Part shown: piece after piece, positions 22,059 to 33,660 of the stretch
Position numbering within the stretch: the stretch's first letter is position 1
Layout: each line of letters begins with the position of its first letter
Source of the DNA: Lama guanicoe
Taxonomy: Eukaryota
DNA: 64,000 nucleotides
Reading direction: 5' to 3'
Assembly: GCA_013239625.1 (NCBI GenBank)
Contig: MU053559.1
Span: forward strand, 558,001-622,000
The notes under the pieces: model-generated
The model's database searches: none
What the model was told of the DNA's origin: nothing
Seen by the model: the letters and a program-made list of their open reading frames with translations, nothing else
Translations under genes and position numbers: made by a program

Positions 22059-23280
22059 AGGATAGTTTCTTAGATAAAAATATTCAGCTATACTCAGGAG
22101 ATTTCAGAATCTCCTTTCCTAGAGGAAATTCTTAGAGCCCCAGCTAAAAGTGACCTCCACCTTCTGGTTAGAGATGCTCTCCAGTACGGCTGCCCAGCAC
22201 TCCCTTCCCTCCTCTTCCCTTGGCAATGTGGCCTTGCATCCTGCCAGCCCCCCCAGCATTGCAAAACCAGGCACGTGGGGATGCACGTGCCTAATGGCCC
22301 CAAACCACACTGGGTCCCTTGCACATGTCCCCAGAGCATGTGGCATGGACTGGAGTTCATGATTGCATCTGCACACCAGCCAGCCGTCTATCCATCCATC
22401 TGTCCATCTGTCCATCCATCTCAGAGACAGTTCCCTCAAAGCTTCATTTCTGAGATTTGGAGTCTTTCTGTTTCTTTGAATCACCGGCAGATTTGCCATT
22501 CATGTCTCCTTGAGGCCTGGAGCAAGAGCGGGCTGGCCACTCCCAGGTCTCTGGCCACACTCTTAGGGTACTGGCTCTTTGGCTCAAATGTCACCCTTGG
22601 CTTTCCAAGGCCAGGAAGGAAAGGTCCCTGCTCATCTTTCCAGTGTCAACTTCCACCTCATCCTTTCATCCACCCGATTTTTCCACCACACTCACCTCTC
22701 TTATGCCTCCCAGAATCCACCCACACTATTCCCACTTTTAGGAATGGCCTTCCTGCATCTCTCTCTTGGGATCACAGAATCATGCAGTGAAATATGCCTG
22801 TGGATGTCTCTCCAGCTAGGCTGGGAGGGCTTAAAACCAGGGAGTAGATGGGACTCATGCTTGCATTCCCAGTGCATTGCATGGGCTGGAGCCACAGCAG
22901 TCTCCAGTTATGTGGCCAGGTAGAGGGTTGGGTAGGTGTTTAGAGTGGGTGGATGGGTGGATGAATGGATGAATGAATAGGTGAATAGGAAAAAAATTAT
23001 GAAAATGAACATATGTATGTATATTCATGACTGGAACATTGTACTGTACACCAGAAATTGACGCATTGTAACTGACTGTACTTCAATTAAAAAAAACAAA
23101 TTAAAACAATAACATTTTTCATATATTTAGTTAAATAAAATATATGATTAAAATGAAAAAATAGGTGGGTAGGTGGGTCACTAATGGGTGGATGAATGGG
23201 TGCAAGCCTGGGCGAGGGGTTGGGTGATGGGTGAGTGAGTGGATGGATGGAAAAGTGGGTGATGACTATTCTAATGCTTT

Positions 23281-23787
23281 GGGGTTTTTTGTATTTGAAA
23301 TTTTTTTCTTTTTCTTTTTTTTTATTGAGGTGTAGTCAGTTACAATGTGTCAATTTCTGGTGTACAGCATAATGTTTCAATCATACATATATTCATTTTC
23401 ATAATAGGTTACTACAGGATATTGAATATAGTTCCCTGAGCTATACAGAAGAAACCTGTTGTATATATATTTTATATATATTAGTTAGTATCTGCAAATC
23501 CTGAATTCCCAATTTATCCCTTCCCACCCCCTTTCCCCCCGGGAACCATAGGTTTGTTTTCTGTGTCTGTGAATCTGGTTCTGTTTTGTAAGTTCATTTG
23601 TGTCCTTTTTTAGATTCCACACGCAAGTGATGTCATACAGTATTTTTCTTTCTCTTTCTGGCTTTCTTCACTTAGAATGATGATCTCCATGTCCATCCAT
23701 GTTGCTGCAAATGACATTATTTAATTCTTTTTTATAGCTGAGTAGTATACCACAGCTTCTTTATCCAGTCATCTGTCAATGGACACG
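23281..23787 (-). mobile_element. 5'-truncated L1 3' end
   Basis: poly(T), antisense L1 3'UTR, TSD TTCTAATG(C/T)TTT at 23269 and 23788. Confidence 0.8.
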
Positions 23788-24444
23788 TTCTAATGTTTTG
23801 ACCTGTCCTGTCTGCTTCCTGGACCCTCCCCTCTGTCCTCCCCGCAACACAGAACTTATCTGTTATCATCCAGAAGAACAATCCGCTCTCTTCAGAAAGA
23901 TCCTTCCTCAGTGTTAGAAATGGAAGGTGATGAAGCCACATCTACGCAACAACTTTGGAGCAGAGCTGAAGTGACAGGTTGACAGTTGGACAGACAGATC
24001 CCTCAGAGCAAGGGAACCGAAGAGCCTGGAGCTCTGATGTGCCTGGGAGGGCCAGCTGCCTTGCATGGAGACCTAAGATAGGAAGGAGATTTCTCTTTCC
24101 TCCTGGGCTGCCTCGGGGCTGCTAGAGCCACTGCGAACTTGGAGGTCTCCCCAGAGATCGCCTCTTCCTATTGCCACACTGCCCTGAATTCCACCATTAG
24201 ATGAAATCATTCCCAGTAAGGCTTTGTCTTCTTCAGACAGCCTCTGCCACAAACATGTTAACTGCTTCTGGATGACTGACATTTCAGTATAAAATACCTT
24301 TTAATCTGTCATGGGAGGCAGAATTTCCGGTGGCCAAGAGAGATGAGGTAACTTTACTGAAGGGTTCGGTGAGTCGTGGCTGACTGTAGGAGGCAAACAT
24401 TCCTTTTGTTAACTCTACACCCTTCCCCTTTTCTTTTAAACACC

Positions 24445-24601
24445 TCCTTCCTTCCTTCCTTTCCTTCTTTCTTCCTTTCCTTCTTTCTTCCTTTCCTTCT
24501 TTCTTCCTTTCCTTCTTCCTTTCCTTCTTTCCTTCTTTCCTTCTTTCTTTCCTTCTTTCTTTCTTTCTTTCCTTCTTTCTTCCTTTCTTTCTTTCTTTTT
24601 T

Positions 24602-24639
<38 letters not shown>

Positions 24640-24650
24640 TTCCTTCCTTC

Positions 24651-24705
<55 letters not shown>

Positions 24706-24878
24706 TNNNNNNNNNNNNNNNNNNNNNNNNNNNNNNNNNNNNNNNNNNNNNNNNNNNNNNNNTCTTTCTTTCTTCTCCCTTCCTTCCTTCCTTTATGGAG
24801 GTGCTGGGGATTGAACCCAGGACCTCATGCATGCTAAGCATGCACTCTACCACTGAGCTATACCCTCCCCTCCCCCTC
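24445..24878 (-). mobile_element. Vic-1-type SINE with expanded (GAAA/GGAA)n tail spanning an assembly gap (N 24707-24762)
   Basis: Reverse body ~24794-24878; pure pyrimidine tract on + strand. Confidence 0.85.
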
Positions 24879-24879
24879 C

Positions 24880-25319
24880 GTTTTCTTTTGACTACATGCC
24901 TCCCTCTACCCCAGTGTGTGTGGTTCTTCTGGGGCTAACTACCCCCAGACCAGTCCAAAGCTCCAGGAGTGGACCCATGACTAGCATGGCTGATCAGGGC
25001 AATCTGTCATCCTGACCACAGGATCAGGAATGGGCATGTGACCCAAGCCAGGCCACATGACCTGAAGCTGGGACTACAGGGAAAGAGGCTTCCCTTTCGC
25101 CCTATCTGTTCATGTGGAGGTGCGGTGGCCACCCCAGGAGAGGAGCTGCTGAGAATAACGCTGTCAAAGAAAAAGCAGAGCCCAGTCCCAGTGAGAGAGA
25201 GTTCTCAGATGTGAAGTGCACACCCAGGTCTCTTCAGTTACTGGAGTAAGTCCCTTGTACTTCAGATGGTTTGACTTGTGTTTCTGTCACTTACAACCCA
25301 CAGATCCCTGAAGAACACA
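24880..25319 (+). mobile_element. LTR16-like ERVL LTR
   Basis: GGGCATGTGACCCAAGCCAGGCC and TTTCTGTCACTTACAACC motifs. Confidence 0.55.
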
Positions 25320-25462
25320 TCCACCTTCCTGCCCTCTCCTGCCCCAGCGGGGTTCTCTGCTCATTTTCAAGATTGATCCTTTGACAATGCCTCACCTTCT
25401 TCTTTTTATCTGTCTTTCACATTTTTCAATGGCTTGATTACTGATTTATTAATCATTAATCT

Positions 25463-25600
25463 AGGGGGGAGGGCATAGCCCAGTGGTAGAATATGAGCTT
25501 AGCGTGCACGAGGTCCTGGGTTCAATCCTCCTCCGTTACCAATCAATCAATCAATCAATCAGTCAATCTAATTACCTCCCCCAACCCCAGAAAAAAGAAA
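25463..25600 (+). mobile_element. Vic-1-type SINE
   Basis: Diverged body, (AATC)n tail. Confidence 0.75.
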
Positions 25601-28600
25601 ACATACATGTTAAAAAATCAGAAAAAATAATTAACTTAAATCCTAGACCCCAAATAGGAATATAATGTTTGTATATTCCTAGCGTTGACCCATTGGGTCA
25701 TTTACAACAGAAACTAGACAGGAGTTTGCTTTGTGTGGCATCAGAGTTACAGACACATCACATTCGTATATGACTCCTATGCCACCAGTCAACATCACTG
25801 GTCTAGCATGGGCTCTTTTTCTCTGTGTCATCTCCGTTTGATTATTGATTAATTCACTATTAAATAAATAAACATAAATCATACACACACGCAAAAGAAG
25901 TGTCCTTTGAGGTCAAAGCATGCCAATGCCACGGTCACGGCTCTGATCCAAGGGCTGGAAAGGACCCCTCAGGCCACTGAGTCCATCCCTGGGCCCCTCC
26001 AAATTCTCCAGGCCGGCCTCAGGAGTGACCTGGACCAAAATCTCCACATTAGCCTTGGGCACCTGGGCTGTCCGCCAGCTCTGCCTCTCAGCCTGCAGGG
26101 CAACTTCCTTGTTGTGGAGGGGCGTGCCTTTCTCCTTCTTGTCTGCAGTGCTTTATCTCTGAAAGCAGGGCCTGGCGAGGGAGTGGGAAGTGGGGTGGGG
26201 GGAGCCTCAGCTTCCAGCTGTTACGCTCTTGAAGACCATCTGTTCTCCCCTAAAAGGTGGCTGCAAAGATCCTTAACAATTCCCAGCTCCAAAGTGCCTG
26301 TGGTGCAGGTGGAGAAACCAGGGCCCTAGGAGGTGACTTCCCCCAGGGCACCCATTCTTCCATGTGTTCCTCCCCACTTTGCCCTCTGGGCCCCAGGATC
26401 CCGTGGGTGGCAGCACGGGGATGCCAGAGAGAGCTAGCCAGCTGTATCTTTGCTGGCCAGGGATCTGACTCACTGATCCATCGCCCAGGGAGCACTTGCT
26501 GGGTGTCATAGCCTAGGATGGTGCAGCTGGGTCCTGCTAGGCCAGCGTCTGGAAGGGGTCCCACGCATCCTTTCCAAGCTGTCTGCCATTGGCAGTCCCA
26601 CAAAGCACACAGACCTAATGACTGGCAGCAGACATTTATTGAGTGCTTGCTCTGTGCTGGACAATTTAAAGAGCTTTTCTTCCATTATCTCAGTTGATCT
26701 TTTCCACACCACTGTAAGGCAGGAACCATAATTACCGGCATTTCATCGATAAGGAAGCTGCGGCTCGGCAACCTGCCCGAGAAGAAAGCCGTTCCTGCTG
26801 GAGTTACTAGGCAAGTAGCAGCCCAGGATGACAGTGGGGGCATTTTGGCACCTGCATGTCCTTAATAAGCCCACCTAAACCACCATTGTCCAGGATGGGG
26901 ACGGGAAGCTGGCTGTGTTTTAGATCTGAATGGGGGCACAGCCCTGAAGGTGGGGACCAACAGGGGTGGCCCCTCACCCCAGAGGGTCATTCCACATCCT
27001 CAGGGTGGGGAGGTGTCACAGCCCCCCTATTCCACACACTGCAAAGCACAGCCCCTCCCTCCAGGAGCCGGGCAGAGCCCAGAATGGCCTGGATTCAGCT
27101 GTGTCTCCCAACCCCAGCCTCTGAGGATCACTTCATGCGAGTCCCTTCTTTTCCACCTTGGTGACCTCATCTGTGCTATGAGCTGATAGATGCCGTTAAA
27201 GGGAAATCTCCAAAGCGGTAACATCACAACTCATACAAATATAAAGTGAATGCATACCAAAGATTTTATTTAGGTCTTTTATTAATGAGAGAACTGGGAA
27301 GACGTTACAATCAGACTCTGCAGACAGATGTAAATGAACTTGCCAGTGGCTGCACCAGAATATTTGGAACCATCTTCTCTACAGGGCAGAAATCAGTTGT
27401 ATATCTACATACAGAGTTTATTTGCACATTTAATAACAGGAATCCTCAGCTCTGTGCAGGTTAACTCTTTCTCAAAAAAAGATGTTAAGCATAAGACTTA
27501 TTGTACCTAGGTTTAATGGAAGTCCAGAAAGACCTTGTTATATCTGTTACAAATGTATCAGCAAGAAAAATAACTTGGTGTGATATTCTTATAAGTAACT
27601 TAAATGCAAATGAGAAAGAGCTTTTGGGTAAACTCTCTAGGAATTATTATTATCATTATTATTTTTTATTGAAGTACAATCAGTTACAATGTCAATTTCT
27701 GGTATATAGCACAATGTCCCAGTCATGCATATACATACATATATTCATTATCATATTCTTTTTCATTAAAGGTTATTACAAGATATTGAATATAGTTCCC
27801 TCTGCTATACAGAAGAAATTTGTTTTTTATCTATTTTTATATATAGTGGTTAACATTTGCAAATATCAAGCTCCCAAATTTATCCCTTCCCACCACCTCC
27901 TTTGCACATGTTACCTCTTGTCTCTGTAGTTTCAAAATGGCCCAGCCAGAGACAAGGGTGCTGCCCCTATGGATCAGATAAGCTGTAAAGTCCCCTAGAT
28001 GCACCAAGTCCCATTGAAAGGACACCTGGGAATAGTTCTGTCCATTTAAAAGCCCTTCATTGTTTTTCCTGACAATGTATAGGGCTGAACTAGACAATGG
28101 CTGAGACTTTTTTTTCCAGCTCCCAGGCGTTCCTGGGCTGAGAAGTGCCCAGCCCTTGGGGTTACATCCACTTTCTGACTCATCCATCTCCTCACTTCTT
28201 TGCTTTGAAGACCTGGACACTGAGGGGCACCACCAGCTCACAGAGGGCTTTTGTGAACTTCAGGGAAGGACGCTTCTGCCTCCTGATGGACACGGCCCCA
28301 GGCCAGGACCCAGGGATGCTAGAGGCACCCAGGCTGTATTTCTGCCCCCACTTTCCTCCTTGGCTAGGTGTCTCTGGCCAGGGCACAGCCTGACCAGCTG
28401 TGCACAGTGGCCTGCTGCCATGTGACACTCCACAGTCACTAGTGGTGACCCCCTGAAGGATCTAGAAGAAAGCTATCTGCTTAGGTTTGAGGTAGGAGCA
28501 CAGAAAGACTCTGATGCTACGCCTGAGAGGCTTTTTTGGGGGTGGTGAAGATGGGCAGGGCTAGGGCACTGAACCTAGAAGGGTGGACCTCTCTGCTCTC

Positions 28601-29311
28601 TCAAAACCTGCTCTCCATCTGGGCCGGATTTGGAATTCAGGAGCTGCAGTCACCATTGTCCAACCTGAGCCAGGAGAAGGGTTTTGGGGGAGTCTCTCTG
28701 TCTCCCCTACTTTGCCTGGGCAAATTGGTGGGGAATCAGGGCTAGCAGTGGAGCTGCCCCCTCCTCACCCAGGGTGGCAGCCCCATGAGGCCTGGCCTCC
28801 CCCAACCCATTTCCAAGCCTTGCTCCTGGGGGCAGGGTGTGAAGACTCAAAAGTGGCAGAGGAGCAAGATGGGAACTCAGTAGCAAGGAGCAGCCATTCT
28901 GCCGGCTCGCTGCCTGCAGGCTACTCTTCCGGGCTCAGTGCTTCCCTGGGCCTGGGCTGCAGGCAGGCAAGACCTTTGACGGTGAAGGATACTGAGACTG
29001 GGAAAGGGCAGATGGCTTCCCCGAGGCCTCAATGACCCATGGAACCCTGAACAGCTTCCTAAGTGTAAGCTGCCCACTCCAGGGGTGGATAGACAATGCT
29101 CCCCACCTACCAACCCTCATTCAGCTCTAGGCCCCTCCCTGGCCGGGGCATCTGGTCTCCTATGAGCTATGAGAGAGTCAGATACACTTTCTTGACTGAA
29201 CACTTGCTGTCCCACTCTCAGATCTTTGCCTTCTGAGTTGAAGCCTTTGTCTTGACTGTTTTCTTTGAAATCTTGATGACTTATTTTTTTTTTGCTATAC
29301 AAATCAACTTA

Positions 29312-29655
29312 AAATTTTAGAACATTTATTTTATTTTTGTACTATTTATTTATTTGGGGGGGCTTTATGTTTATTTATTTATTTTGATGGTGGTACTGGG
29401 GATTGAACCTAGGACCTCATGCATGCGAAGCATGCACTCTACCACTGAGCTCTACCACCCCCGCCCCGTAAATCAACTTATTTATTTGTTTATTGAAGTA
29501 TAGTCGATTTACAATGTTGTGTTAATTTCTAGTGTACAGCATAATGATTCAGTTATACATATATATATATATATATTCCTTTTCATATTCTTTTTCATTA
29601 TAGGCTATTACAAGCTATTGAGTGTAGTTTCCTGTGCTATACCTTGTTGTGTATC
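29312..29655 (-). mobile_element. Vic-1-type SINE (TSD AAATCAACTTA) next to a short L1 3' end (~29485-29655)
   Basis: TSD at 29301 and 29470; L1 tail motif TTGAAGTATAGTCGATTTACAATG. Confidence 0.8.
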
Positions 29656-30739
29656 TGCCTTGATTTCTGTCTTTGTAGCTTAGTGGGCCGTGTAATGTTG
29701 TCCCAAACTGAAGAAAGAAGGCCGGGCCTTTATTTAGCTGTGGGGTGCCCCCACTCCTGGAAGGGAGCATGACATTGGGCACAGGCAGCTGACTTCATTG
29801 GAGTACAGTTCCCCAAGATAGCTGGCAGAACATGGGAACAGGATTGTCAGGATTTTGTGCCTGGAGCAGCGAACATTCATTGCTAACTGAACAATCTCTG
29901 GGTTCTGTTAGCATAGAAGAAAAGGGGAAAGTATATTTGATGTGCCGCTAACAAGGCTTGCCACAAACAGACCTCTACAAAATTATTTTGGAATAATTGC
30001 ATATGGATATAATTTACTGAAACAGTCTCCCTGTTGCTGGACATTTGGCTGTTTCCAGCTTTTTGCTATTGTCCACTGTACTGCAATAAACAGCCTTGTA
30101 ATTTTTCTCTGCCCATATCCTCAATTATTTCTTCAGGATGAAATGCTGCATGTGTAATTGCTAGGTAGGGGGACCTTCTAAACATTTTTGATTTAGATTA
30201 CCAAGATGTACCTTAGAAAGGCTCTACAAATGTTTTGTTTTCACTGAGCAGTCAATGAAGACGTCGATCTTTACTGACACTGGATATTCACATTCTCATT
30301 AATTTCATCAGTTTTATATTCCCGTCCCGGCATGTCTAGGCCCTCCGCATTGCCCTGGGCCCTCTTCCCTGCACCCTCCTACTCCACCCTTTAGGAAGCC
30401 TGACCTGAATCTCTTCTCCCTGCTCTGAGCAGCTTCCTGGCACTTCTGCTTCATATCATGGAGGCTTATAAGCATTACTCATCTTTCCTGGAGTCTGGGC
30501 ACATCATCTCCGGGTTGCCAGAGTCCAGCACAGTGCTCAACTGAGGAGCATGGGACTGAATGAAGGAAGAGGCACTTTCCAAGCTCTAACTTTGTCTCCA
30601 GTAACGGTTTGAGAAAAGCAAAACGGTCCTGAATTCCACTCCCCTCCTGGCTTTGCCAAAACCTGGATTTCTAGAAGAAGCACATTCCTTGGTTTCCCTT
30701 ATAATCCCTAGCCAGGTGTAGGTGGAAGGAAAGCTGCAT

Positions 30740-31660
30740 GTCTATCCCTGCAACAGATGCCCCACATGCACCCCCAGGGAGACACGTGCACAGACACCAA
30801 GATCCAAGCTCACAGGCACATCTGAACACTTGATTGCATGCTGTGTACAGGGCCCTACACACATGTACACACACTAAGGATTCACGTACGCACATACTCT
30901 GAACCAGGCCCACGTCTGCACATGAAACCATGCACACACATGTGCATGGGTCTCCAGAGTTACACCTGCACAGATACTGAGGCCATGGCCACAGGCACAC
31001 CTGCACCCATCCACACACACATGCACATTCATACAGGGCCCATGGACAGATATGCACCAGTGCATACACACATTCATGGGTGCCCAGAGGTACACATGCC
31101 CAGACATCACACGGTCCAGGCTCCTGAGCACTCATGTGTCTGTGTGCACACACATGTGCATCCATGAGCCCTCCAGGCAGCCAGTCCCAGTAAATACCTG
31201 AAGCCATGCCCATACACATGCCCAGGCCCAGGCTCTCAGGTCAATTACACTGGCAAATGCACGAGCACCCATCGTATGCTTGCACAGACACTAGACACAC
31301 AAGCCTGGGCCAATGGGCTCCGCTGTACCAGTGCAGTCACACACAGCCATGCATGCACACCCTGGGGTATGCACAGACACACACAAGACACAAACAGGCT
31401 TCCACCCGTGGCAATAAGGGTTTGAAAGCGGAATGTCATGCATGAGCATATTGGTGTGTATGCACAACTACATTTCATATAAACCTTTGTCAGGGTACAG
31501 GCTCCTGTGTCCCTGCTGGGCTCATCTGCTCCTGAGCACCTCCACTCGAGTGCACACTTGCACCTGTGTAATGCACATACACACCTGCCCCACAACCAGC
31601 ACAGCCTAAATGCACACACACGTACCCCATATGTGTGCATGTATGAACACATTGTAAATG
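30740..31660. repeat. Degenerate (CA)/(TG) purine-pyrimidine low-complexity tract
   Basis: Repeated ATGCAC, ACACAT and GCACAC words. Confidence 0.7.
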
Positions 31661-32126
31661 CAGTTTTCCCCAGCCCCTGCCATCTAGAGTGATTCAGACA
31701 TTTGTCCTTAACCTTGGGCTGCCACCAGGCCTGCGATGACACCATCACAGCTACTCTCCCAAACCAAGGCACCGGTGGCTGTAAAACTGCATATATGTTC
31801 CGTGGGAGAATAGCCTGGTATGAATCAGGTTTGGGTGGGGCTCTTGAAGGAGACTTAGGGCCATTCTGGAAGCTCCCCAAACAATTCTCACTCATCTTGC
31901 AGAGTGGCTGAGAATGTTCTGCAGATATAGCCCCCAGAATCCAATCCGTGAGAGTCCTGCAGATTTCACCCGGAGTTTCCTGGGGCTACACATCCCTTCT
32001 CTGAGCTGAAGCCCCCTTCAACTAGTCAAAGAGGCTGTGCTGAATTTTCTTTTCACCTGAATGCCTGCTGCCCTCATGCATGGCCAAAATGAGACTCCTG
32101 GGGTCAGATCTGAAACTGAGAGGCAA

Positions 32127-32522
32127 TGTGTTAGTCCGCTCGGGCTGTCATAACAAAATACCACAGACTGGGTGGCTTAAACAACAGACATTTATTTTCT
32201 CACAGTTCCGGAGGCTGGAAGGCCAAGATCAAGGTGCCATTGGAGCTGGTTTCCGGTGAGGCTTTTCTTCCTGGCTTGGAGACAGCCGCCTTCTTGCTGT
32301 TTCCTCACATGGGCTTCCTCCTGTGCATGTGTGTGTGGGAAGAGCTCGCTGGTGTCTCTTCTTTTCATAAGGCCACCGGTCCTACTGGATTTGGGCCCAC
32401 CTTTAGGACCTCACTTAACCTTTATTACTTCCTCGAAGGCCTTATCTCCAAAAACAGTGACACTAGGGGCTGGGGCTTCAACATATGAATTTGCAGGGGG
32501 GTACACAGCTTAGGGATTAACA
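32127..32522 (-). mobile_element. MLT1 (MaLR) solo LTR
   Basis: TGTTAGTCCGCTCGGGCTGTCATAACAAAATACCACAGACTGGGTGGCTTAAACAACAG...; 5-bp TSD GGCAA/GCCAA. Confidence 0.85.
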
Positions 32523-32699
32523 GCCAACAAACAAAGTGCTACCTTGAGCAGCTGCAGGATGGCTACGGCTCCTCCTTTTCCTCAGGTGCGTTCCTGAGAC
32601 GTGTCTGTGCAGAAACCAAATGGAGAGGAGGAGTAAAGACAGGCACGGTCACAGCCGTTCTCGTAGACAGAATTCTTTATCGCTTGCCAAATACTGCAC

Positions 32700-33660
32700 T
32701 TTATTTATTTATTTGTTGTAATTGAAGTATAGTCGGTTTACAATGTTGTGTTAATTTCGGGTGTACAGCACAGTGGTTCAGTTATACATATATATATATT
32801 CCTTTTCATGTTCTTTTTCATTATAAGCTATTACAAGATATTGAAAATAGGTCCCTGTGCTATACTGTAGGACCTTGTTGTTTATCTCCTTTATATATAG
32901 TAATGTGTATCTGCCAATCCTGAGCTCCCAATGTATCCCTCCCCACTCCTTTTCCTTTTGGTAACCATTCTCTGTTCTCTGTCTGTGAATCTGTTTCTGT
33001 TTTGTAAATAAGTTCATTTGCATAACTTATTTAGAATCCACATGTAAGTGATATCACGTGGTATTTTTCTCTCCCTTTCTGGCTTACTTCACTTAGTATA
33101 ACAGTCCCCAGGTCCATCAACGTTGCTAGCATGGTCAGTTTTATTAAGATTCGCCATTCTAATAAGTGTACGATGACATCTCAGTGTGGTTTTAATCTGC
33201 ATTTCTCTAATGACTAATGATGTTGAGCATCTTTTCACATGTTTATTTGCCATCTGTATTTCCTCTTTTGGTACAGCGTCTGTTCAAATCTTTTGCCCAT
33301 TTTCTAATTAGGTTGTTGGTTTTCTTATTATTGAATTGTGGACATTCTTTATATATTCTAGGTACTGGTCCTTTGTCAGATAATGCATTTGGAAGATATT
33401 TTCTCCCAGCCTGTGGCTTACCTTTTCACTTTTACATTATACTTTTGTATCTTATTTTGTTTCAGTCATACTTTCAACAAATTTTTTTTTATTGAAGTCA
33501 AGTCGATTTACAATGTTGTGTTAGTTTCTGGTGTACAGCATAGTGGTTCAGTTATATGTATGTACATGTATATATATTATGTTTCTTTTTATATTCTTAC
33601 CACATGATCCAGCAATCCCACTCCTGGGCACATATCCAGAGGAAACTATAATTCAACAAA
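32700..33660 (-). mobile_element. L1 3'-end fragments of mixed age
   Basis: Antisense L1 3'UTR and ORF2-end motifs. Confidence 0.7.

Noticed and set aside
22240..23880. KRAB-B-like join IAKPELICY across the two plus-strand blocks
   Set aside because: The splice position does not match KRAB exon structure, and there is no KRAB-A box or C2H2 array nearby
21880..24350. Faint resemblance to a TGF-beta/ADMP-like gene (RANSVQCL..DK, EEILRA, CHG..NF....MR)
   Set aside because: It needs several frameshifts, the Trp-Cys spacing is off, and I found no CC or CxC C-terminal cystine-knot motifs; likely chance
24284..24853. 189-aa Lys/Glu/Arg-rich ORF and its Phe/Leu/Ser antisense ORF
   Set aside because: Translation of the (GAAA)n tract and SINE across an N gap
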